The position numbers and the translations under genes are program-made. From contig WJLZ01000080.1 of the NCBI GenBank assembly GCA_014728215.1, positions 8,755 to 72,754 on the forward strand: DNA of 64,000 nt, written 5' to 3'. The notes under the pieces are model-generated. The model did not search any database and had not been told where the DNA came from. It saw nothing but the letters and a program-made list of their open reading frames with translations. Shown in pieces: positions 28,634 through 36,698 of the stretch. Positions within the stretch are counted from its first letter, which is position 1, and each line of letters begins with the position of its first letter. The stretch comes from Chitinivibrionales bacterium (GTDB lineage: Bacteria > Fibrobacterota > Chitinivibrionia > Chitinivibrionales > WJKA01).

Positions 28634-31218
28634 GCATCGCTCTTTCTATACAGCAGAATGCCCAGGAGTAAAAAGATGGCATTTCCCAGCCAGGCGCCGG
28701 CTAAAGGAGGAAGCTGCCCGCTTTTACCAAAAGCCAGGGCAAAGCGCACAATTATCCAGTAGGAAAAAACGATCAGTAACCCTATACCGAAAAGGAGCGC
28801 TCCGCCGCCTTTACCAATTCGCGCAGTTACCGAAATTCCCAGCAGAATGACGATAAAATTCATGAAGGGGTAGGCAATTTTGAAATAGAGATCGGTATTG
28901 TATTTCAGTACCTTCTCACCCCGGCGTCTGGTCTTTTTAATATAATCTTTCAATTCCCAGTAGCTCATTTCTTCCGGAGTCTTGATTCGTACCACCATTT
29001 CTTCGGGAGTGGCATTCAGAATATTGTCCTGAAGGGTATCGAAGGTCATCATGGTTGATGAATCACCCTGAAATTTTCTGATTGTCCCGTTAATAAAAGA
29101 CCAGGCATTGTTGTGATAAACGGATTTTTCGGCATGAATTCGTTGCGTAATCGAATTACCTTCAAATGTTTCTCTCCAGACATTTTTCGCTTTTTGTGGA
29201 AATGTTCTGAATTCCTGAAAACAGTAGATTGTGTTTTTATTGCCGAAATAGTAGAAATTTCTCCGAAAATCTCTCCGTCCGCGGTACACTTTACCCTCAG
29301 CGGCTTTTTCCTGCATTTTAATTTCTTCGAGAAGCTCCCGTCGTTTGACATTTGCTTCCGGAAGAACCAATTCACTGACATAGAAGTTTGCGCCAACAAG
29401 ACAGAGCCCTAAAAACAGGAGAGGAAGGGTTACGCGGCGGATGCTTTTCCCTGCCGCTTTCATGGCAATCAGCTCACTGTTTTTGGCCAGTTTACCCATG
29501 GCGAACATGGAAGAGAGTAGCATGACAACCGGAAAAACGAGTTGTATGATCCAGGGCATGTAATACCAGTAGAAAAGAGCGGTCTGCTGAACCGGAACGC
29601 CTTCAAAACGTCGGGAATTCGAAACATAATCGACCACAACGAAAACCACCATAATTGCAGCAAAAACACCCACCATGTTCCCGACAAAAAGGCGGATTAT
29701 ATAATTGGGAAGGATGCCGATAACATAGCGAATGGCGATAAGCGGTAAAGAGATTATTTTCATGGGCAGACCCAGAACAAAGCGTACGGTTTTAAAAAAG
29801 ACGTTTTGCTTTTCTCCGGCCTCGGTGAACTTATGCCACCACCGTAAAAGGGGTGTCCAGGAGATGAATGTCGTCTCGCGGACCATGCGGATGATCAGAA
29901 AGGCACCGCAGGCGCCCAGAAGGATATTTCCCGACCACATGGCGCTGAAAGGTGACACCACGAGGCGGTCGGCAAGGTTTTCTCCCTTTATCAAAAAGGC
30001 CCAATAGAGGATAAAAAAGAAAATGCTGTAACTTACGGCAACGGTCATTCCACCCCGCCGTGCCATAATGCCGAGGGGAGCACCGATAAGAACAAAGATA
30101 ATGCAGGCAAACGGTATTGCGTATTTTTTATGAATTTCGACCAGATACTGGGCTATTCTTTTCTTTTCACTTTCTATACGGCGAATGATTCGTTCACTCT
30201 CGCGGACAGTACGGTTTTGCGCTACCATTGCATTGCCCCGGGCAGGGGTAAACTGCTTTGCCCAATGCTGAAATGACAGAAGGGAATCCGGGCTGGTGGT
30301 TTGTCGGCCGGATGGTGCCGGGTGGGCGGCCGACAGACTGTCAAAAAAAGCAACAACGGCAAGCGTGGAATCGATCATGCCCGAATGCTGCGCCAGATGG
30401 CCTTTCTTTTTCTTGCGGTTCTGTTTAATATCGTTGAGCATCATCTGGGAGCTTTTTTCACGGTCCCCCCGGTATCTGCTGTCTGTTCTATGAAGGTCAC
30501 TGTCGACATTATTGATAAACAGCACCTGTTTATCAAAATGGCCTACAAAATGCTGTTCCCTGTTGTCACTGCTTATACTGTGGGTCTCGCCGTGATAGAG
30601 TGTCAGACGCAAATAGGCGCCGTCGACGGTTTGTTTAACTTCTCCGGAGTCGGCGATGGTTGTTGAAGGATCTTCACCGGGAACATCGGAAAAAATCTTG
30701 ATGCCTTCCAGCCTTCCGGTCCGGCCGTTGGCCTTCTTCACATAGATTGCGTAATTCTCGAAATCTTTAATTAATACTTTAGGTTCGATAAATGCAGCAG
30801 GTCGTTTCCGTGAAATATCCGACATCAGATTTGCCGTCCGATGGTTGGCGTCGGGAAGAATCAGATTGTTGAAAAAAATCAGGCATATACAGACAACCGA
30901 TGCGGATACAATGACCGGGGCAATCAGATGATAGAGATTGAGTCCTGATGCTTTGATTGCCAGAATTTCGTTATCCGCCGACATTCTCCCAAAGGCCCAG
31001 AGCGTGGCACTGAGGATCGCCATAGGAATTGCCAGCGCAATAATCCATCCAAGATTAATAGCAAAAATTTCAAGAACAATGGCGGCATCAAGGCCCTGAG
31101 AAATAATCTTGTCAAGAATCTGAATCGCATACTGCATTATAAAGATAAAGACAAGAATTGCCAGGGAAAAAAAGAAGGGGAAGATATGTTCTTTAACGAC
31201 GTGACGGTAGAGAATCAT
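28630..31218 (-). CDS. lptF-lptG: LptF-LptG fusion: LPS export ABC transporter permeases in one polypeptide
   Basis: 862 aa uninterrupted ORF with two YjgP/YjgQ units: NEILAIKASG...EIHKKYAIPFAC...GAPLG, then NSELIAMKAAG...SYWEL...KIAYPF...LLGISV. Confidence 0.88.
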   Translation of the reverse strand: MILYRHVVKEHIFPFFFSLAILVFIFIMQYAIQILDKIISQGLDAAIVLEIFAINLGWIIALAIPMAILSATLWAFGRMSADNEILAIKASGLNLYHLIAPVIVSASVVCICLIFFNNLILPDANHRTANLMSDISRKRPAAFIEPKVLIKDFENYAIYVKKANGRTGRLEGIKIFSDVPGEDPSTTIADSGEVKQTVDGAYLRLTLYHGETHSISSDNREQHFVGHFDKQVLFINNVDSDLHRTDSRYRGDREKSSQMMLNDIKQNRKKKKGHLAQHSGMIDSTLAVVAFFDSLSAAHPAPSGRQTTSPDSLLSFQHWAKQFTPARGNAMVAQNRTVRESERIIRRIESEKKRIAQYLVEIHKKYAIPFACIIFVLIGAPLGIMARRGGMTVAVSYSIFFFILYWAFLIKGENLADRLVVSPFSAMWSGNILLGACGAFLIIRMVRETTFISWTPLLRWWHKFTEAGEKQNVFFKTVRFVLGLPMKIISLPLIAIRYVIGILPNYIIRLFVGNMVGVFAAIMVVFVVVDYVSNSRRFEGVPVQQTALFYWYYMPWIIQLVFPVVMLLSSMFAMGKLAKNSELIAMKAAGKSIRRVTLPLLFLGLCLVGANFYVSELVLPEANVKRRELLEEIKMQEKAAEGKVYRGRRDFRRNFYYFGNKNTIYCFQEFRTFPQKAKNVWRETFEGNSITQRIHAEKSVYHNNAWSFINGTIRKFQGDSSTMMTFDTLQDNILNATPEEMVVRIKTPEEMSYWELKDYIKKTRRRGEKVLKYNTDLYFKIAYPFMNFIVILLGISVTARIGKGGGALLFGIGLLIVFSYWIIVRFALAFGKSGQLPPLAGAWLGNAIFLLLGILLYRKSDA

Positions 31219-31467
31219 AGAGTTTTTGCGCTATCACAAGGCGTTGATGGGATCGCTGATGCTGGTTGTTAGAGAAGCGATTCCCTCACTAAAATAACAC
31301 CTTTCATAAAAGGCTTCAAGAAAAGGGCTGGAAATGTCGATAAATCAATATGTAAACAACGCTTGCCCCCCCTGGGGTACCAATGATATACTTAGATAGA
31401 ATTCATACTATTAATCATTATATAATAATAAATAAAATACTTTAAATGAAATGTTTCGGGGAACGTT

Positions 31468-32244
31468 ATGAATAGCAGGCTTCGCCTTTTCAGCATACTT
31501 CAAGTTCCGGTCCTGGTTGCACTTACAGGATGTGCCGGTTCGGCCAAAAATGTGCAAAATGAGATGCTGCTGCCTGAAATTGATGTAGTTCAGGTAAAAG
31601 AAAATTCTGATGAAGCGCTTCGTCTTGCTCAGGAAGCGCAGCTTGATGTTGAGGTGGTAAATACCAAATTGACCGAGATCGATAATAAACTGGTACTGCT
31701 CAATGAAGAAATTTCCAGTGTTTCCATAGCGAAAATTGAAGAATTGGAGAATCGTCTTTCTCTTATTATTGAAGCAGTTAAAGACCTTCAGGCTCAAATT
31801 GATGCGTTGGAGGTGATGCCACGGGTAAAAAGTACCCGAAAACCCAAAGGACCCGCCACTTTTTCAGTTTCATCGCCCGAATATGCTGCCTATCAGAATG
31901 CCCTGCATACATTCAATGCACGGAAATATAAAGAAGCGCGGGTGCTTTTTTCAGAGGTGCTTAAGCAATATCCAAGGGGCAAATATGCCGACAACTGTCA
32001 GTACTGGATAGGCGAGTGCTACTATGCTCTCGGCGATTATGCCCAGGCCATCGCTTCATTCAGCAAGGTTTTTGACCATTCCAACAGCTCCAAAGCCGAT
32101 GATGCGCAGCATAAACTCGGCAAATGTTATCTTAAAATGGGCCAAAATGGTATGGCAAAAAGTGCCTGGAAAAAACTGATCGATCGCTATCCGGGTTCTG
32201 AATATGTCCCACGGGCACAGAAAAGCCTCGTCGAGCTGAATTAA
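31468..32244 (+). CDS. cpoB: CpoB/YbgF-like TPR protein, predicted lipoprotein
   Basis: Lipobox LTGC, coiled coil, then YQNAL...YPRGKYADNCQYWIGECYY...KADDAQHKLG...YPGS TPRs. Confidence 0.8.
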   Translation: MNSRLRLFSILQVPVLVALTGCAGSAKNVQNEMLLPEIDVVQVKENSDEALRLAQEAQLDVEVVNTKLTEIDNKLVLLNEEISSVSIAKIEELENRLSLIIEAVKDLQAQIDALEVMPRVKSTRKPKGPATFSVSSPEYAAYQNALHTFNARKYKEARVLFSEVLKQYPRGKYADNCQYWIGECYYALGDYAQAIASFSKVFDHSNSSKADDAQHKLGKCYLKMGQNGMAKSAWKKLIDRYPGSEYVPRAQKSLVELN

Positions 32245-32417
32245 CTTTTATTTATTTACTCCTCTTTTTGCAAAAAAAGATCCCGAATACCATATCGGGC
32301 CCGGCATGCTGTATTTTATGGTTTCAGCAGTGGCGCCTGTTCTTTCAACTTCGACATCAAGCACTCGATAAACAATAATTGCATATGCATAATCGTTATT
32401 CAGATATGTACAAATTT

Positions 32418-33185
32418 ATGCAGAAAAATACCAATCCGTTCTTTTTGCTTTTGCTCGGTATATTCATCATGATTCCCTGGGGCGGAGCCGAAGCAAAAAA
32501 GATAAAAGAAGCCTATAACTGCTCGGAGCGATTCGAGAAGGTAAAGAAGAAATTCGAAAAGGGCAAGTACGGTGATGTCAAAAACATCTGTGACGACATA
32601 CGGTTGAATTGCCACGGTCATAATGTTATGGATTCGGTGATATATTATCTGGCAAAAGCTCAGATGCTCACCAAGAATCCCGATGAGGCCAAGGTCGAAT
32701 TTCAACAGATTGTCCGGGATTACCCCAATTCTCCTTTTGCCGAGGAAGCACGTTTTCGTATCGGTCAGTGCAGCCTGCTTGATTCAAAGTCATTCGAACG
32801 CGATCAAGCCACTACCAAAGAGGCGATCAGGGAACTGCGTCGGTTTGTTATTTCTTATCCCCAAAGTCCCTTTGCCGACAGCGCGAAGGTGTATTATAGT
32901 CAGGCCATCGAGAAGCTTGCCAAAAAGGAATTTTCCAATGCCAGGTTTTACGAAAAGATTGATGAGTATGAAGCCGCAGTGGTGTATTACAAAGTACTTA
33001 TTAATGAATTTCCCGAATCAAAATATGTTCCTGAAGCCAAATTGAATATGGTCGAAGATCTTATGAAAGTCAATCGGGAAACAGAAGCGCAGGCCATTCT
33101 CGAAGATCTTTTAAACAGCGAGATCGGTAATGAAATTCGCGGCAAGGCTGAAGCATTGAAGGAACGTTTGGGCAAATCCGGGTAA
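32418..33185 (+). CDS. bamD: Outer membrane protein assembly factor BamD
   Basis: TPRs with YPNSPFA, RDQATTKEA, YPQSPFA, KLAKKEFSNARFY pattern of BamD/ComL. Start uncertain (32379-32418). Confidence 0.85.
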   Translation: MQKNTNPFFLLLLGIFIMIPWGGAEAKKIKEAYNCSERFEKVKKKFEKGKYGDVKNICDDIRLNCHGHNVMDSVIYYLAKAQMLTKNPDEAKVEFQQIVRDYPNSPFAEEARFRIGQCSLLDSKSFERDQATTKEAIRELRRFVISYPQSPFADSAKVYYSQAIEKLAKKEFSNARFYEKIDEYEAAVVYYKVLINEFPESKYVPEAKLNMVEDLMKVNRETEAQAILEDLLNSEIGNEIRGKAEALKERLGKSG

Positions 33186-33189
33186 TTGC

Positions 33190-33771
33190 ATGACTCCATA
33201 CGGCGTGTTGGGCGGCAGTTTTGATCCTGTACATAATGGACATCTGGCTATTGCCGACGCTGCAAAAGAACATTGTAATCTTTCAAAAATAATCCTTATT
33301 CCTGCAGGAAATCCCCCTCATAAAGCAACGTCGGTCAAAGCAGAGGCGCATCACAGGCTGGCCATGCTTGAATTGGCCACCGGGCAATCGAATTATCTGG
33401 AAATCTGCGATATTGAAATCATCCGCCCGGGCTTTTCGTACACTATAGATACGCTGCATTTTCTGAAAAATGAGCTGCCCGAACCGGAGATATATTTCAT
33501 AATCGGCTCCGATAATCTGACCGAAATACCCTTCTGGCATAAATATAAAGAAATCATTTCTCAGGCGGTCCTCTGTGTCACGCACCGACCGGGTACTACG
33601 ATGGAAATTCCCCGGGAACTCAGTGATGCAGCCATTGAGACGTTTCCATCGCCGGAACTCGATATCAGTTCATCGCAAATAAGAAAAAATATCTCCGAGG
33701 GACGTACCTATAACCATCTGGTTCCTCCCCCGGTTAAAACATATATCGATCAACATGGGCTTTATCGATAA
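33190..33771 (+). CDS. nadD: Nicotinate-nucleotide adenylyltransferase
   Basis: GGSFDPVHNGH, PPHK, SYTIDTL, IIGSD, ISSSQIR. Confidence 0.96.
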   Translation: MTPYGVLGGSFDPVHNGHLAIADAAKEHCNLSKIILIPAGNPPHKATSVKAEAHHRLAMLELATGQSNYLEICDIEIIRPGFSYTIDTLHFLKNELPEPEIYFIIGSDNLTEIPFWHKYKEIISQAVLCVTHRPGTTMEIPRELSDAAIETFPSPELDISSSQIRKNISEGRTYNHLVPPPVKTYIDQHGLYR

Positions 33772-33782
33772 GGGCCTGTATT

Positions 33783-33989
33783 ATGCAGGAATCACCAGGT
33801 AATAAGAATTCCCAAAGAGAACGGCGACCATTTATCGGCATTCATTTTACGTGCTGTAATGCCTACAACAGGATTTACAAAAACAAAGAGGGAACAGCCT
33901 ATGAGGGGAGTTGTCCCCGGTGTGGGAAACTGGTCCGGGTACCGATCGGTGAAGGCGGTACCGGTGAACGATTTTTTGTCGCCCATTAA
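33783..33989 (+). CDS. Small conserved hypothetical Cys-rich (zinc-ribbon-like) protein
   Basis: 68 aa: RPFIGIHFTCCNAYNRIY...YEGSCPRCGK...GGTGERFF; packed between nadD and amrS. Confidence 0.75.
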   Translation: MQESPGNKNSQRERRPFIGIHFTCCNAYNRIYKNKEGTAYEGSCPRCGKLVRVPIGEGGTGERFFVAH

Positions 33990-34089
33990 ATGGTTTGTAA
34001 ATTTCTGTCTCTCCCCGTTCAAAAAATCATTTGCCGGTTGGACTTATGAATCGAAACATGCTCCGGTTTCATTAATTTATTTTTTTATT

Positions 34090-35181
34090 ATGGCAACACG
34101 CAGAGAAGCTTTAAGAAATGGTCTTGGATTGGCCTGCGCCTTCACGGCGCCTTCGTGTATGGCCGGGAAATCCTCTGTCCCGCATATGGCGATGCATTGG
34201 CAGCCCTTCGGTGATATGGTACAATGTGAGCTGTGTCCCCATGAATGTACACTCGAAAATGGGAAAACCGGTATCTGCCGGGTAAGAAAGAATAAAAACG
34301 GCACACTGGTTACTCTCGGCTATGCTAATCCCTGTGCCGTGCATGTCGATCCTATAGAAAAAAAACCGCTTTACCATGTTCTGCCGGGAGCGCGGGCCTA
34401 TTCGGTCGCTATTGCAGGATGTAATTTCCGATGCAAGAACTGTCAGAACTGGACTATTTCACAGCAGAGTCCGCTGGAGACACGGAATGAACATCTTCCT
34501 CCTCAGAAACTGGTCGAAGAAGCTGTTCGTCGTAAATGCACCGCAATTGCCTACACCTATTCGGAACCGGTCGTCTGGTACGAATGGATGTACGATTGTG
34601 CAAAACTTGCCCGTCAAGCCGGCCTTAAAAACCTCATGATCACTTGTGGATATGTCAATGAAGCACCGCTTCGTCAATTGGCGCAATACATGGACGCCGC
34701 GAATGTCGATCTGAAAAGCTTTGATGATTCGATTTACCGGAAACTCAATGCCGGACGGTTGCAGCCGATTCTCGACACACTGAAACTCGCGAAAAAACTC
34801 GGGATATGGGTCGAAATAACCAATTTAATCGTTCCGCAATGGACCGATGATCCCGCGATGATCGGAAAAATGTGCGATTGGATAACCGCAAATCTGGGTG
34901 ATGACGTACCGCTCCATTTTTCCCGGTTCAGCCCGATGCATAAGCTGGCCCATCTCAGTCCCACACCGGTCGAGACGCTTATGAATGCAAAGGCTGTCGC
35001 CGGTAAAGAGGGATTGAAACATGTGTATGTCGGCAATGTGGCCGTTGATACCAATACCTATTGCCCATCATGTAAAAAAGCGGTCGTGGTACGGCAGGGA
35101 TATCTGGTGAAAGACGTTTCGATCAAAAACGGCGCTTGCAGCGCCTGTGGCGCCGAAATAAGCGGCATCTGGACCATGTAA
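34090..35181 (+). CDS. amrS: AmmeMemoRadiSam system radical SAM enzyme with twin-arginine-like leader
   Basis: CELCPHEC, VDPIEKKPLYH, CNFRCKNCQN (CxxxCxxC), AYTYSEP, AANVDLKSF, PLHFSRF. ATG at 34090 gives MATRREALR; the ORF-track extension to 33859 overlaps the upstream gene. Confidence 0.92.
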   Translation: MATRREALRNGLGLACAFTAPSCMAGKSSVPHMAMHWQPFGDMVQCELCPHECTLENGKTGICRVRKNKNGTLVTLGYANPCAVHVDPIEKKPLYHVLPGARAYSVAIAGCNFRCKNCQNWTISQQSPLETRNEHLPPQKLVEEAVRRKCTAIAYTYSEPVVWYEWMYDCAKLARQAGLKNLMITCGYVNEAPLRQLAQYMDAANVDLKSFDDSIYRKLNAGRLQPILDTLKLAKKLGIWVEITNLIVPQWTDDPAMIGKMCDWITANLGDDVPLHFSRFSPMHKLAHLSPTPVETLMNAKAVAGKEGLKHVYVGNVAVDTNTYCPSCKKAVVVRQGYLVKDVSIKNGACSACGAEISGIWTM

Positions 35182-35222
35182 CAGTAGTGTATTACCAGGG
35201 TATGTTTTGTAAAGAGGTTGGT

Positions 35223-36698
35223 ATGGCCCGAGCGCATAAACTCCACTCTGTTTATCTCAAACTTACAGGAGTACTGCTCATGAGTATGCTTAATTGTGAA
35301 TCTTCACCTGCAGAAGAATCTGTTCGGAAAGCTGTTTTTGCCGGATCGTGGTATGAAGGCGATCCTCAGGCATTACGACACAGTATCGAAAATTATATTA
35401 CCAGTCAAGCCGGAGTGCGGTCTTCGCCGCGGCTGCTTATCAGCCCCCATGCCGGGCACCCCTTTTCGGGACCGGTTGCGGGGAAGGGATATGGCACCAT
35501 GAACAGAGACATAAAAACCGTCATCCTCCTCGGACCGTCACACCGGGTAATGGTGCAAGGCGTCTCTATTCCCGATGTCGATTACTACGAAACGCCTCTG
35601 GGGAAAATACCACTGGATAAAAATATTATTTCGGAACTCCGGAAACACCCAATGGTAGGATCGAACACGCGCGCCCATTCTCAGGAGCATTGCCTGGAAA
35701 TTCAACTCCCCTTCCTCCAGACCGCTATTGATTCCTTTACCCTTGTGCCCATGCTGATGAGCAATGTGGATCCGGAAGCGATCGCCGGATATATCAGGCC
35801 CTATGTCGATGAAACAACACTGGTTGTGGCTTCGTCGGACTTCGCCCATGTCAATAGTGCAGATCAATGCAAAAAGCTGGATAAGCGGTCGATCGAAACA
35901 ATTATGGATCAGGATCCGAACGGCTTTATTGAGGCCTGCGGTGAAACGCCGATACGGGTGCTGCTCTATCTCTCAAAGCACCTTGGTTTGAAACCGATAG
36001 TGCTTGATGCCCGCAATTCGCAGGAGATTGTCAATGCTCCGGAAAGCGGGTATACCGTCGGATATGCTTCAATCGTCTTTGTAAAAAAGGATGAAAACGG
36101 TGGAACGTCCGAAGACAAAGAAAAAAGAGAAAATGAGTCTATCGTTAAAGAGCTGGATGGCGGTGATAAAGCATTTCTGCTCAATCTGGCCCGGAGAGCA
36201 TTTGAAGCCGCAGTTAAGGGTGCGCCGCCCCCCGAGCCGTCCGATATTCCCGACGTAGCGAAGCAGGATGTTGGTTGCTTTGTAACCCTCCATAAGCATG
36301 GCGAACTTCGTGGCTGTATCGGTTATATTGAAGGCATTAAACCGTTGTATGAGGCAATAATTGACAATGCAAAAAATGCCGCACTGAGGGACCATCGCTT
36401 TCGACCGGTCCGCCCGGAGGAGCTCGACGAAATCAAGGTAGAAGTTTCTGTATTGACAAGGCCGGACCCTGTGTCCTACAATGATCCAAGTGAGCTCCTT
36501 AATAAAATCGTCGCCGGCAAGGATGGCATAATACTGAACAAGGGGGGGCATCAGTCAACCTACCTTCCTCAGGTATGGGAGCAGATCCCGGATAAAAAGA
36601 CCTTCCTTGAATATCTTTCCCGCAAAGCCGGCATGCCGTCGGATGGATGGAAAACGGCGGAGGTAAAGCGGTATCGTGCGATTCATTTTGAGGAATAG
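35223..36698 (+). CDS. amrB-amrA: AmmeMemoRadiSam protein B (MEMO1) - protein A (AMMECR1) fusion with lipoprotein-like signal
   Basis: MEMO motifs AGSWY, SPHAG, GPSH, EHCLE, SSDFAH, DACG-like EACG, VGYAS; then AMMECR1 GCFVTL, LRGCIG, EVSVL, TYLPQVWEQ. ATG at 35223 follows AGAGG. Confidence 0.92.
   Translation: MARAHKLHSVYLKLTGVLLMSMLNCESSPAEESVRKAVFAGSWYEGDPQALRHSIENYITSQAGVRSSPRLLISPHAGHPFSGPVAGKGYGTMNRDIKTVILLGPSHRVMVQGVSIPDVDYYETPLGKIPLDKNIISELRKHPMVGSNTRAHSQEHCLEIQLPFLQTAIDSFTLVPMLMSNVDPEAIAGYIRPYVDETTLVVASSDFAHVNSADQCKKLDKRSIETIMDQDPNGFIEACGETPIRVLLYLSKHLGLKPIVLDARNSQEIVNAPESGYTVGYASIVFVKKDENGGTSEDKEKRENESIVKELDGGDKAFLLNLARRAFEAAVKGAPPPEPSDIPDVAKQDVGCFVTLHKHGELRGCIGYIEGIKPLYEAIIDNAKNAALRDHRFRPVRPEELDEIKVEVSVLTRPDPVSYNDPSELLNKIVAGKDGIILNKGGHQSTYLPQVWEQIPDKKTFLEYLSRKAGMPSDGWKTAEVKRYRAIHFEE

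Noticed and set aside
33859-34089. 77-aa N-terminal extension of amrS in the ORF track
   Set aside because: It overlaps the conserved small Cys-rich gene in another frame and crosses an AT-rich spacer; ATG at 34090 is the more plausible start.
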